NCBI GenBank assembly: GCA_963703315.1
Contig: OY969811.1
Span: forward strand, 3,328,001 to 3,392,000
Source: an uncultured cyanobacterium
GTDB taxonomy: Bacteria; Cyanobacteriota; Cyanobacteriia; Pseudanabaenales; Pseudanabaenaceae
DNA length: 64,000 nt
Direction: 5' to 3'
Shown in pieces: positions 42,898 to 53,566 of the stretch. The translations under genes were made by a program, and so were the position numbers. The notes beneath the pieces are model-generated. The model had not been told where the DNA came from. It searched no databases and saw only the letters and a program-made list of their open reading frames with translations. How positions within the stretch are numbered: the first letter of the stretch is position 1; each line of letters opens with the position of its first letter.

Positions 42898-45765
42898 TTA
42901 GTTCACAGTGACAGCAAACCTCACAAATCCATAGGAGTCAGTAGGATTGCCAGCAGTAACCGCATTAGGAAGAAACGCTGGATTAGTCACCACATTAAAT
43001 ACGATTAACCCATTGGTATTGTCGGCACTAGTCAGAGGTGCATAGCTATTGGGCGAAACTTCCTTTATGCAAGGATTGGGACTAGGGATACTACCAGCAG
43101 CATAGAAAGATGCGCGATCGCCATCAATAGCACTACTTGCATAGGCAGTTGGGGCAGTCGGCAGAACTGTGTTACTACTTGCTAATGCCATACCCAAATT
43201 TCCTCCTGTACTACCTGCATCCAAGGGCGTGAGTCCATTGTAAGTATTGTTCACAAAGGTGGTATTGGTGGGTACTAAGTCACAAATACTGAAATTAGTT
43301 GCATTCTTACTGCCAGCAGAGAGGAAATAAACTGTATATTCTAGGCGATCGCCTGTAGCAGTTGCCCCACCATCGACAGCACCTTTGAGATAGGTATTTG
43401 GTGTAGGCCACAAGGGATCGTTATCACCGTTATTAGCAATCCCATCCTCATTAAAGGTATTGAAGCTTTGAGCGCCAGTTGGGGCGATCGAACTTCCACC
43501 TCTTTTCACATCCGTAAGGCGCTTTACTAACACTACCTTTGGTGTCGGAGGAGTGAGCGTAACATCTTCGCCCGTACTAGATGCAGAGTCATAGGATACC
43601 GTTTTAGTCACCCCCGCCGATGTCCGCACAGGATCTGAATAGCTGACATTGACAGGATTTTGGTAAGTCCCTAGAGGTGCAGCACTGCCAATTGTCACAT
43701 TAAATGTAATTTGGACTTGTCCTCCTGGTGGAATCGTAAAAGTTCCCCAAGTTGGATTAGTACTTCCTGCGGTTGGATTAGTTACGGATGTCTGTACTGC
43801 ACCTCCACTAGGAGTAATGGCAGTAGTAGAAGCAAAGGTAAAGTTTGCAGGTAAAGGATCAGCGATGACCACATTGATGGCAGTGCCACTAGCCGCAGGA
43901 CTAGTCACAGGATTGGCAGTCGTGATTGTGTAGGTAGCCGTTAATGTCCCTGAAGCTGGTTTGACCAGTGTCGGTGTACTCGTAGTTTTAGTTACTGTCA
44001 ATGTAGGTAAACACAAAGCTCCAGGTCTCACCTCAGCCGCAGGAATTGGTGTTTGTTGCACTATGCCAATTACGCCGTTAGTTGCTCCATAGGGGTCAGC
44101 CGCAGGATCGGAACCTGGAGGACCTATTGCACCAGCAACATCATTTCCAGCTAATCCAAAAATAACATCAGTTGTTGGTGTAAAGCCCTGATAGGCAATA
44201 TAACCACCACCACCACCACCACCAGGTCCATGAGATGGATAGCCAGAATTAAGCCCTGCCCCACCTCTAGCATTGATAGTAATAGTAGGAGTTGAGGCTG
44301 TAACGGATTGAATTAAGACAGTACCACCTGCTCCACCGCCGCCGCCACCATCAGTGTCGTTTGGTGCTACGCCCTGAATTCCGTCGGCATTAATAGTACC
44401 AGTTCCCAGAACACGACCACTACGAACCATGACCATACCACCACCGCCACCTCCTGATGGCACATTACCCGTAGTAGAATTGTTAGAAGTTCCAGCACCG
44501 CCGCCACCACCTAGAAAAATGCGATTGACTGACGGGGAAACCGCAGTCCCACCAAATCCGCCAAATGGTTGTCTTTGAGGGGTGAAAGTATTGTCTGTCC
44601 AAGAGTCTCCTCCTTTACCACCAGCACCCGCATTAGCACCACCGCCGCCGCCAGTATTAGCGGAGTTTTCGCCTTTATTAGGGTCAGTTGAACCACCCCC
44701 TGCATTTGCAGGTGCGCCCCGTGAGAAACTACCTTGTGGATAACCCTCTATCCCATTATCTGTTACACCTGTAACTGGAGGAAATCCTCCATTTCTGGTA
44801 TAGCGAGGGGTTCCAGCAATTCCCTCTCCTTTAGATCCATCATAATTATTAGCTCCCGTAGGAGCTGGATTAACTCCAATTCCAGTGACTAATGGAGCAA
44901 CATGAACATAAGCACTATTTTGGGATGCCCCTGCTGTAGTCCCGTCTCCGCCTAGGTTTGTGCCACCACCACCGCGAAAACCTTGACCACTAACATCGAT
45001 CGCCCCTGCGCCACCAAAAGTTAAATCACCAGCGACATCGAAGGTTACAACCCCACCGACAGAACCATCCCAAGCATAGGATGTAACTGTTGCGTTAATA
45101 GTCGCGCTGGCATACTGAGGTACACGAATTACCTGATAGCGGCGTTGTCCAGCAGTACCTGTCGCATTTGCATTAGTAAAGGTAAATGCAAGAGGCTGAG
45201 AGATCGTAACGGTTCCTCCCGCAAGTGGAACGTTGTTGGTAGCAACTACATATTGATAGGAACCAGCAGTATTTAAAGCAGTAAAGCCACTACCAGTTCC
45301 ATTATTACCGCCATAGTTAGCGTCATTGGAAACACTAATCGATGCATCTTGCATCTGAATTACTAGTAGCAAATCACCTGCGGTAATAGGTGTTGGTGCG
45401 CCTTGAGCTGTGCCAAGAGGAATTGAGGTTGCTCCAGTGCTTACGGTGGCTGTCCCTGGGTAGTAAGTGTCAATGACACCAGCGAGAACTGTGGGATTTT
45501 CCTTGCCTGGTGTGCCGCACACGTCAGGTATGGCATAGGCAGGATTTAGAAAAACTAGTTGTGACGTTATAAATAAGCTAGCTAGAAAAACAGATGCTAA
45601 AGAAGCCCATTTTAAAGTGAATTTTCGAGAATACTGATTATCAGAATTTTTGATTCTGCTGAATTTGTTATTTTGTCTTATAGATGCTGCCGATCGCCTA
45701 TCTTTTTTACTAAAAAGTAGATGCAATATTTGATTAATAAGATTTTTCAACATTAATTTCAACAT
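42898..45765 (-). CDS. Large exported Gly-rich protein with DUF11-type Ig-like domains (putative adhesin/fibre subunit)
   Basis: Long signal ending AYA; YQVIRVPQY; GxGGGGG repeats; LTVTKT..YTIT..DPLP..YQN; C-terminal LVKRLT..LEYTVYF..ICDLVP..GFVRFAVTVN; TAATG overlap with the upstream gene. Confidence 0.8.
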   Translation of the reverse strand: MLKLMLKNLINQILHLLFSKKDRRSAASIRQNNKFSRIKNSDNQYSRKFTLKWASLASVFLASLFITSQLVFLNPAYAIPDVCGTPGKENPTVLAGVIDTYYPGTATVSTGATSIPLGTAQGAPTPITAGDLLLVIQMQDASISVSNDANYGGNNGTGSGFTALNTAGSYQYVVATNNVPLAGGTVTISQPLAFTFTNANATGTAGQRRYQVIRVPQYASATINATVTSYAWDGSVGGVVTFDVAGDLTFGGAGAIDVSGQGFRGGGGTNLGGDGTTAGASQNSAYVHVAPLVTGIGVNPAPTGANNYDGSKGEGIAGTPRYTRNGGFPPVTGVTDNGIEGYPQGSFSRGAPANAGGGSTDPNKGENSANTGGGGGANAGAGGKGGDSWTDNTFTPQRQPFGGFGGTAVSPSVNRIFLGGGGGAGTSNNSTTGNVPSGGGGGGMVMVRSGRVLGTGTINADGIQGVAPNDTDGGGGGGAGGTVLIQSVTASTPTITINARGGAGLNSGYPSHGPGGGGGGGYIAYQGFTPTTDVIFGLAGNDVAGAIGPPGSDPAADPYGATNGVIGIVQQTPIPAAEVRPGALCLPTLTVTKTTSTPTLVKPASGTLTATYTITTANPVTSPAASGTAINVVIADPLPANFTFASTTAITPSGGAVQTSVTNPTAGSTNPTWGTFTIPPGGQVQITFNVTIGSAAPLGTYQNPVNVSYSDPVRTSAGVTKTVSYDSASSTGEDVTLTPPTPKVVLVKRLTDVKRGGSSIAPTGAQSFNTFNEDGIANNGDNDPLWPTPNTYLKGAVDGGATATGDRLEYTVYFLSAGSKNATNFSICDLVPTNTTFVNNTYNGLTPLDAGSTGGNLGMALASSNTVLPTAPTAYASSAIDGDRASFYAAGSIPSPNPCIKEVSPNSYAPLTSADNTNGLIVFNVVTNPAFLPNAVTAGNPTDSYGFVRFAVTVN

Positions 45766-47885
45766 TATTTCTTATCTCCCGTCTTTTCCAATTGCAAGTC
45801 TGATTCTTGGTTTTCAAAGCGAATTTCGACATCACGGACATCGGCAAATTCAATCTCAACTCGCCGATCGCGAGCATAGTCAGTAATTTGACTGCCCTGT
45901 GAGGCGCGTTGCGTTTCACCGAGCGATCGCACTGTCATGCGTTCTGAGGCGATACCCTGTCGCAGTAAGTAATTACGCACTGAGCGAGATCGCCTGAATC
46001 CCAACTCACGGTTATATTCATCGCTGGCTCTCGGATCGGTATGTCCTGAAAGGGTGATCACAATCGTGGGATATTGCCTTAATACATCAGCGATTTGATT
46101 CAAAATCTTGGCACTGGTGGGACTGATCTCGTCGCGATCGAGGGCAAAGTGGATTTGGCGTGACACAGATAGCACAATCGGATCGGGTGGGGTTGGAGTT
46201 TGGGCAATTTGCGGCGGTGTCGTACAGGCAGGAATAGCCGCTTGTACATTGGTAGGCGCAGGAACTGACAGATCGGGGTTAACTATACGTGCATTTAAAG
46301 CAGGTTCAGAAGTTCCATACTGAGGATCGGTGGCGATCGCACTGATGGTGTCGCCAACTTGGAGATTATTGAGGGAAGCTCCGAACTTACCATTAGCGTC
46401 GGTTTTAACGGTCGTCAGATATTCACTGAGGGAACCGTAGGGTAGATTTGGATCGGTTTTGTCAGTGACGCGATAGAGATCAATTTCTGTATTAGGGTCA
46501 GCCTTGCCATCAATATTGACTTGATTGGGCTGAAACATAGGGAAAGTTGTCGCTAAGAACGTTGGCGCATTGATTGCGCCATTGGCTGTATCCACGCGCC
46601 GAAAATGGGAATCGCGAGTTCGATTAATGCCATCACCTGTCCTAAAATCGCGATCGCCGACATGACGTTGGGAAATCAAATCAATGCTTAAACCTTTGAT
46701 TGCTGTAAAAGTATTGTTGCGAATCAAATTGCGATCGCTTTTAGGGAAAGCGGCGATCGCCACACCTGCACCCCGTTGATGGCGAATTTGGTTATTCGTG
46801 ACTTGATGATCATTGCCCATCAAGTAAATGGCGGCGTAGTTGGTGCTGCGATCGTTAAACAAAATGCGATTGTCTTCGATTTTAATCGCGCCATTAGGCT
46901 TGAACAGATAAATACCGCTACCATCATTGGCACAGAGGGTATTGCCCTTGATCCGTAAATTGGCAATTTCGCCTTCTAAATAGATTGCGTGGGGAATACC
47001 ATCAAAACCATTGCTAGTAATCGCATTTTCGATAATCTGAGTTCCTGTTGCCCTTACCGATGTGACGATGCCACTGCCCTCATGGTAGGCAATGCGATTA
47101 CGGTTAATGATCGTATCAGTGCTATTAAAGAGATAAATACCAAAACTAGAAGTTTGTTTCGGAACCTCGCCTGTGGGCGGAATACCGAGCCAATTCGCCT
47201 CAATCACTACGCCTTGAGGTGGAAGATTGCGGTCATAAAAGGGAGCAGATTGTGAAGGGGGCTGCTGTTGAGTGGTATTTGGTGGTGGTGACTGGTGGGA
47301 AATAAAAATATCGGCGGATGGGGTGGCGGTGGGAACGCTTTCGATCGCCTTAAATCCATAGACACTCAAGCCTCGGATCGTTACGCCATTTGCCACAATC
47401 GTGAAACCTCGGAAAATTGGCACACCATCCACAGGGGCGATCGCCACGATCGGCTGAGGAATGGCTAACTCTTGGGCAAAGGATTTTTGCGAGTCGTAGC
47501 CTGATTGGGTTGTACCATCAATGATTAGATTTTCACTGCTGAGGTCGGGTAGGGCTTGACGCAATCGAATCGTGGTGCGATCGCTCGGCAAGTCAAAGCC
47601 AATTTGGGAACCTTTGCCATTAGTTAGTGGTTTCACCTGAGCGCGTTCGGCATCGCTGAGTTGATTTAGGGCAAGTGTGCCATTGGCAAGTGCGATCGCT
47701 TCACGTAAAGTTACTTCGCGATCAGGTTGAATCTCGCCATCGCGATCGCTATTGACTGTAATTTGGTAATTCAGAATAGAGGTTTGGGCGATCGCCTGAT
47801 TGCTAATTACACCAGCAATTCCGCCACTAAAGCCAATTGTACCGATCAATATACCGATTACTTGATAGTTGTTTACTTGTCGCAT
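45765..47885 (-). CDS. Beta-helix + OmpA C-terminal peptidoglycan-binding protein
   Basis: VTLREAI, parallel beta-helix repeats, SIDL, TATD..GTSE-like Ig segment, IHFALD...GHTD....YN..LG.RR...DRRVE. Confidence 0.88.
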   Translation of the reverse strand: MRQVNNYQVIGILIGTIGFSGGIAGVISNQAIAQTSILNYQITVNSDRDGEIQPDREVTLREAIALANGTLALNQLSDAERAQVKPLTNGKGSQIGFDLPSDRTTIRLRQALPDLSSENLIIDGTTQSGYDSQKSFAQELAIPQPIVAIAPVDGVPIFRGFTIVANGVTIRGLSVYGFKAIESVPTATPSADIFISHQSPPPNTTQQQPPSQSAPFYDRNLPPQGVVIEANWLGIPPTGEVPKQTSSFGIYLFNSTDTIINRNRIAYHEGSGIVTSVRATGTQIIENAITSNGFDGIPHAIYLEGEIANLRIKGNTLCANDGSGIYLFKPNGAIKIEDNRILFNDRSTNYAAIYLMGNDHQVTNNQIRHQRGAGVAIAAFPKSDRNLIRNNTFTAIKGLSIDLISQRHVGDRDFRTGDGINRTRDSHFRRVDTANGAINAPTFLATTFPMFQPNQVNIDGKADPNTEIDLYRVTDKTDPNLPYGSLSEYLTTVKTDANGKFGASLNNLQVGDTISAIATDPQYGTSEPALNARIVNPDLSVPAPTNVQAAIPACTTPPQIAQTPTPPDPIVLSVSRQIHFALDRDEISPTSAKILNQIADVLRQYPTIVITLSGHTDPRASDEYNRELGFRRSRSVRNYLLRQGIASERMTVRSLGETQRASQGSQITDYARDRRVEIEFADVRDVEIRFENQESDLQLEKTGDKK

Positions 47886-47990
47886 AGCCTCTAATTTTTC
47901 AGGTTTAGAAATTGATCGGGGTGAATATGGGTAGAAGTGGGCGGCGCGATGCGCCGCCTATCTCTAGCTCAGTCAACGGTAATATATAGG

Positions 47991-50900
47991 TCATGGTGTC
48001 ACCGCCTGTGTTTTTGGTTGCTGGGCTACAGGGGCTTGTGGTTCGACGGGAGCTTGTTGTTGTGGGGGAGGCGTTTTTTGCAAGCCAAAGCCATCAAACA
48101 ATTCATTGAGCTTGATGGTAAGAGCCGCATATATCCCGCCTGCGGATCGCGTACCACTAAAATCGCGATCGGCATTGACGGAGCCAGTACTATAACCTGC
48201 GGCTACCCGTAGGTTGGGCGTGAGATAGTAACCAACTTCACCCACTAATCCCAACTCGCTATAACCTGCACTAGGTTGATTTAGGAATCTGGTCTCACCG
48301 ACTAGCTCAACGTTATAACCGAGGCGATAGGTGACGCGAAACTGCGTCAAATTTGTATTTGAGATACCCGTAAAGTCTCTTGCGATCGTGGTGGTGCTGT
48401 TTCGGAGCGCTAGTTTTCCGTAAAATTCCCATTGCCAGTTAGGAGCATAAATTCCTTCCAATGCAAGGGTGTGATCGGTATAGCCACTACCACTGCCTAA
48501 CAATAAAGAATCAGGAATAATATTAGGATTTTGGCGGTATTCATAACGGAGCAGAAAATTAAATTTATCGTCTTCAGGATCACGATAGGCAAGCCCAACT
48601 TTGAGATTGGAAATCGTTCCTAAACCAGATATTAACTGATTAGCAGCGCTCGATTGCTGATAGTTAAACAGTAGAGTAAATGCAGGAGAGAGCTTACCTA
48701 ATGCGGAAGCTGATACCACCGTGTTACTACTAACATCATTACTCCGAGTCTCAAACCTACCACTCGCTTTAAAGTCAGGATTATCTGTATATTCAAAGCC
48801 AACGCTATAGCTATCACCATTCTGGAAGGTCAGAGAACTAGAAGACTGACCAATGGCAAAGGGCTGTAGAAACTGAGTTCCCGTGGCAACAATCGTATTT
48901 GCAAAGCTGCCAAATATGCGTTCATAACCTAAACTTAGGCGTAATCCCGGTAAAACTTGCCAACGCTGATTTAAACCCAATGCACCTTGCGTAGAGGTCG
49001 TATTCCCACCACCAATGACGGAATAACGACCAGTAAGACTCGTATCACTGCCCAGTTTATATTCACCCAGCAAATCCGCACTGGTAATCGCACTACCAGC
49101 CAAAGAACCTGAATGGAACCATTGTTGACCTAATCGTGCGGTTAAACCTTCAACGATCGCCCAGTCCAGTGCTAAAACACTGCGATCGGGAATCACGGCA
49201 TCGGAGCTAGCGGAAAGGCTGATTTCGTTCTGAGCCGTTACTTTGAGATTGTCGGCAAGGGGAAAACTCAAACGCGATCGCAGTTGGGTGGAATTACTCG
49301 ATAAAAAATTAGGGGGCTGACGATCTTGGCGATCGCGATATAGCAAATCCAGATTTAGAAGGGCAGCGCCAAGAGTTTGTTGGACTCCTAAGCTAATCGT
49401 GCGTAAGGAATTGTTTACCAAAGAGCCGGGGATAGGGTCTTGGCGGGGATTAAGGAGATCGGCTAGGGTAGTTAATGGGCGGGGCGCAATACCGAGATTA
49501 TCTTCTTGATCGTATTGAAACTGAAGAATCGTGGTCGGACTAACCTTAGTGCTGACCTGCGCTCCATATTTAGTTTGTCCAGGAATAAAACTAATCGTGG
49601 CATTATTGGTGAAACCTGTTTCGGCTTTACTGTAATAGAGCTTTCCAATAATTCCTGAAGCAATTTCACTATTTAACTCAAAGCGCATCGCTGCACCAGC
49701 AACCTGTCCTAAGAGTTCGGAATCATTCTGAGATTTGGCATATTCGGCAATTAGTTGCGTCTTTTCGCCAAGGGAAATCAGCGCATTGACACCATAGAGA
49801 ATGAAACTCCGAATCCCAAGACTCTCTTTAAAATAGTTTGCCCCAATCCAAGAGGGTTGATTTTGGGTGCGGCTGAGGTGATAACGCAGTTGACCACCAT
49901 AGATATTGCTATTATCACCACCGATCTGCTCATTTTGATAGGTAACGACAATTTGACGACGTAGTAGTTGTCCCGCATCCCCTATTTCCGTTTGCAATAA
50001 TGGCTGGCGAAACAGAATTGACCCATTGTCATAGTTAATGTCATAGTCTTTGCCGCGCACTAGTTCTATGCGCGAAACCACTGTACCCGCACTAAAGAAA
50101 TCAATCAACTCGACAAAGATATTTTCACTACCACTAATCAAGAGACGGCGGGAGAGAAAGTAAGTACCACTAGTGCCATTAGGAGCGATCGTATCCCGTT
50201 GAAATCCTTTGCCAACAGTGCTATAAAAGCCCGTAATTTGCAAATCACCAAGGTTAAAGTTTCCTTTAAATCCATGCAATTGTCGCGAAATAGAACTAAA
50301 CTGCTGCGATCGCGAAGCAAACTCCTCAGTACTATAGTTACCCCACATGAAGTAATCGGTACTCGCGCCCTGCACAGGGGAGTTGCGTTCCAACTTCAAA
50401 TACACGCTGTCGTAGGATGGAGTCGTCAGCGTAGAAGTGGAACTATCGCCATAAACAGGATACTGAGGATCGCAATATTTGGAATTGCCGAATAAGTTGC
50501 TATTACCAGCGCAGTCTTGATTGAGGGTGCGACTATTGTTAAAGGCTCCTGTAAATAACCATTCACCAATTCGTCCTGTACCAAAAACAGCACCATATAA
50601 ATCAACTTGGGTGCGATTATTCAGATCCGCAGGCAAAAATTCACGGAGGCTGCGATAAAAATCTGTCCCTCGCGCACCAACCCGTAAATCAATTACCCCT
50701 GTCACTAAGGAAGGACGGAGATTCGTCTCAAACTGCACCTGTGTAAAGGCTTCCATTTGGGCAGTTGGAGAACTAGAAGAAATTGGAGAAGTGAGAGGAC
50801 TGAGCGCTCTCACTGTGACTGTTCCTGTTTTTAGTCCTGCTTTTAGCTGAGCGGTAAACTTGCCTTGCTTCGCTTGGACTTGAAACCCCGGTTGCTCTGG

Positions 50901-51617
50901 TGATGCATCCGTACCAATGAACTCACCATCACTCGCTTCTAGGGTGACTAAAGCATCCCAATTAGAGCGATCGCCTTTTTCATCTACTAAATATCCCTCA
51001 ACGGTGATGTATGATCTCCCATCGGCAGGAATCCGTGATTCTAGGGTACTGACCACCAATTTAGCAGGCGCACCCTTGACTTGGAGATTAACGGAACTCG
51101 CCTCTCCAGAATCGATCGCTTTTGCAGTAATTACGTTTTCACCAGCCCGCAAAGGCACACCATACCAAGTTTGGGTCAGAGTTTGATTCGCCTCATCTGG
51201 TTGCGATCGCCCAATTAATTTCGGATCAACGGGCTTACCATTGACCAAAAGCTCGATCTTGGTATTGCTTGGGATTTGGATGACCACCGTTGCCGTAGGT
51301 TGATCTAAAACTGCACCAACCGTAGGCGAAAGAATAACGATGCGTGGTGATGATTTCTCAGAATTAACATTAGTCTCTGAAGATTGAGCAATGATCTCAG
51401 AAGTAGCGATCGGTGGAGATTCAGGATTGTTTTCCTGACTATTTAAGGCTTTTTCTGGTTGTACTTCCGCCCGATCTGGACTAACTTGAGTGTCAACAAC
51501 ATCTACACCTACTTCCGCCGTAACCGTAGATGAAATCAGTACAAGTAAAATCTGCGGCAAGGTGAAACACCCTAACTTCAGCCCTGCTTTTACAAGAGGT
51601 ATAGAAAATTTTTTCAT
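47991..51617 (-). CDS. Large outer-membrane beta-barrel protein with N-terminal Ig-like domains
   Basis: Signal peptide; LRAGENVITA and IPADGRS Ig-like segments; YPVYGDSS; long amphipathic beta-strand region ending GYS.G...GG.Y. Confidence 0.75.
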   Translation of the reverse strand: MKKFSIPLVKAGLKLGCFTLPQILLVLISSTVTAEVGVDVVDTQVSPDRAEVQPEKALNSQENNPESPPIATSEIIAQSSETNVNSEKSSPRIVILSPTVGAVLDQPTATVVIQIPSNTKIELLVNGKPVDPKLIGRSQPDEANQTLTQTWYGVPLRAGENVITAKAIDSGEASSVNLQVKGAPAKLVVSTLESRIPADGRSYITVEGYLVDEKGDRSNWDALVTLEASDGEFIGTDASPEQPGFQVQAKQGKFTAQLKAGLKTGTVTVRALSPLTSPISSSSPTAQMEAFTQVQFETNLRPSLVTGVIDLRVGARGTDFYRSLREFLPADLNNRTQVDLYGAVFGTGRIGEWLFTGAFNNSRTLNQDCAGNSNLFGNSKYCDPQYPVYGDSSTSTLTTPSYDSVYLKLERNSPVQGASTDYFMWGNYSTEEFASRSQQFSSISRQLHGFKGNFNLGDLQITGFYSTVGKGFQRDTIAPNGTSGTYFLSRRLLISGSENIFVELIDFFSAGTVVSRIELVRGKDYDINYDNGSILFRQPLLQTEIGDAGQLLRRQIVVTYQNEQIGGDNSNIYGGQLRYHLSRTQNQPSWIGANYFKESLGIRSFILYGVNALISLGEKTQLIAEYAKSQNDSELLGQVAGAAMRFELNSEIASGIIGKLYYSKAETGFTNNATISFIPGQTKYGAQVSTKVSPTTILQFQYDQEDNLGIAPRPLTTLADLLNPRQDPIPGSLVNNSLRTISLGVQQTLGAALLNLDLLYRDRQDRQPPNFLSSNSTQLRSRLSFPLADNLKVTAQNEISLSASSDAVIPDRSVLALDWAIVEGLTARLGQQWFHSGSLAGSAITSADLLGEYKLGSDTSLTGRYSVIGGGNTTSTQGALGLNQRWQVLPGLRLSLGYERIFGSFANTIVATGTQFLQPFAIGQSSSSLTFQNGDSYSVGFEYTDNPDFKASGRFETRSNDVSSNTVVSASALGKLSPAFTLLFNYQQSSAANQLISGLGTISNLKVGLAYRDPEDDKFNFLLRYEYRQNPNIIPDSLLLGSGSGYTDHTLALEGIYAPNWQWEFYGKLALRNSTTTIARDFTGISNTNLTQFRVTYRLGYNVELVGETRFLNQPSAGYSELGLVGEVGYYLTPNLRVAAGYSTGSVNADRDFSGTRSAGGIYAALTIKLNELFDGFGLQKTPPPQQQAPVEPQAPVAQQPKTQAVTP

Positions 51618-53179
51618 TACTTTATACCTTCCGTATTGCTAAGACCACGAGCCGCAGGGGTGAGTGCGAAATTTGCACGTCCCAATGAACCTGGAGCTAA
51701 TCGCACCAAACGAGATTGGCTATTGCGCTCAATAAAATACAAATTGGGCGCGAGTGTGTAACCAGGAACAGAAGTTAAATCGATCGCTAAAGTTCGGCTG
51801 CCAGAAAGCACACTACTGAGAGAATAAAGTCCATTAGCATCTGTCACAATTCGATTACCATCATCCATATAAATTACGGCATTGGGTACACCAGGTTCTC
51901 CCAGTTGTTGTTCACCATCAAAGTTCTTATCGACAAATACACGTCCAACCAAGGTTCCACAATCAGAGAGAATCCCTGGACGAATCCTGATCTGATGCGA
52001 CACAGGTCCATCACGGACAACCTGCTGATTATCAGCACGGATACCTGAGATTGAAGCGCGGTTAATCCCAGTGCCACGAATCGCGTCATTTGTCACCTGT
52101 GCAGCATAGGCAATATTCAGACTCTGGTTAGCCGACGCCACAGGAAGTGACACATTAGGACGAAATGTAAGACTTCTACCATTGCGTTCTACGGGTACGG
52201 TTACGGCTGTACCACCTAACTCGGCGCGGATGGAACCATCAACATATTGAAATCCGAGCGGTAAGTCGTCGCGAATTTCGGGTTTATTAATCACAGTACT
52301 CGAAAGATTACGTGCAGTTAATCGATACACGACAATATCGCCTGGTTCTGCGGCAGCGCGATCGCCTGTTTTCAAAAGTTGAATTGCTTGTGCTTCACAT
52401 ATACTCACATTAGCATTGACAATCGCTAAGGAAAGACCGACTGATGCCGCATCGGTAATATTAATCGTGCCATTAACCGAGGTTGCACCATTGTCCGCCG
52501 AAATTGGATTGCCATCCAGTGAAGTAGCAGTGTAGTTCACCACATTACCAGTGCGTGAATTAATCGTAAATTTGATTCTTCGAGCGCCTAGCAAAGATTT
52601 TGCAGGTGGTTTAACAAACAGAATAAACTCTCTTCCTACGTCAACTTGACCACGACTAGCATCAAGTAAAAAGTTATATCGACCTTGCTCACCATTAGTC
52701 AAGAAAAAAGGATTCGCATTATATAAATTGGGAGATAAACCTGCTGGTCGAGTCGATGAAGCTTGGTTTGGAGGCACAGTAGCAGTTAGGACAATTGGTG
52801 TGCCAATATCACCTGTTGAGTTTAGTAACTCATACAGTCCCACACTAAAGCCTGTGTAGTCTGGCAGTATGCCACCATCACAGGAGGTCAGTTTACCAAA
52901 GGGGTCAATTAACGACGTTGAAGTACCCAACACCACAACATTAGAAATACCATTGATCTTGACCCCTAACTGAATAGGATCTTCATAAGTACCTGTAGCG
53001 GTGTTACTGATTTTTTTATTATCCGCAGCTTGAGCGGATACTGGAGGGGAGGAGATTTGCCATACTCCAAACAATATCAAAGTAGCTGTCAGTAATGTAA
53101 GCAAAAAATAAATAATAATGCTTTGTTTTACTTTCTTTCTTTGATAACCTGCTTTTGCATTTTGTCTTGAATAATGCAT
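51617..53179 (-). CDS. Exported DUF11 + SdrD-B/CnaB-like domain protein
   Basis: LLKTGDRAAAEPGDIVVYRL, DDLPLGF.Y, GRVFVDKNFDGEQQ.GEPGVPNA, TDANGLYS; TAATG overlap with the downstream gene. Confidence 0.85.
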   Translation of the reverse strand: MHYSRQNAKAGYQRKKVKQSIIIYFLLTLLTATLILFGVWQISSPPVSAQAADNKKISNTATGTYEDPIQLGVKINGISNVVVLGTSTSLIDPFGKLTSCDGGILPDYTGFSVGLYELLNSTGDIGTPIVLTATVPPNQASSTRPAGLSPNLYNANPFFLTNGEQGRYNFLLDASRGQVDVGREFILFVKPPAKSLLGARRIKFTINSRTGNVVNYTATSLDGNPISADNGATSVNGTINITDAASVGLSLAIVNANVSICEAQAIQLLKTGDRAAAEPGDIVVYRLTARNLSSTVINKPEIRDDLPLGFQYVDGSIRAELGGTAVTVPVERNGRSLTFRPNVSLPVASANQSLNIAYAAQVTNDAIRGTGINRASISGIRADNQQVVRDGPVSHQIRIRPGILSDCGTLVGRVFVDKNFDGEQQLGEPGVPNAVIYMDDGNRIVTDANGLYSLSSVLSGSRTLAIDLTSVPGYTLAPNLYFIERNSQSRLVRLAPGSLGRANFALTPAARGLSNTEGIK

Positions 53180-53513
53180 TACACTCGCGTCTTTGGTCTC
53201 ACACCAATATATTTTTATTTAAACCAACTGTTTGATATATCGATCCTAAAATCATTTATAGACTTTTGGGTTTGTGGAATAGTGTAAGGAAGATACCCTC
53301 TTCTACAAATTATTTAGAATTGCTATATGTCAGCTTCAACAAATCATTCTGTTTTTAAAAATAAATTAAGTTTATAAACTAAATAATTGCAAGCTTTATA
53401 GTTTAGATTTCAAAACGTATTAATCATTTGGGTATCTTAAGAGTTTGCAATATGTTAAAAATTCAATAAGATATCATAAAATCAAGAGCAAACAAGAATA
53501 TATTTATTGAGAT

Positions 53514-53566
53514 TAAATAGTTTGAGAGAGTTCAATCATTAGGGTCAACCTCTCTCAAACTATTTA
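53514..53566. promoter_or_regulatory. 17-bp perfect inverted repeat in the AT-rich upstream region of the DUF11 operon
   Basis: TAAATAGTTTGAGAGAG-N19-CTCTCTCAAACTATTTA; function not established. Confidence 0.4.
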
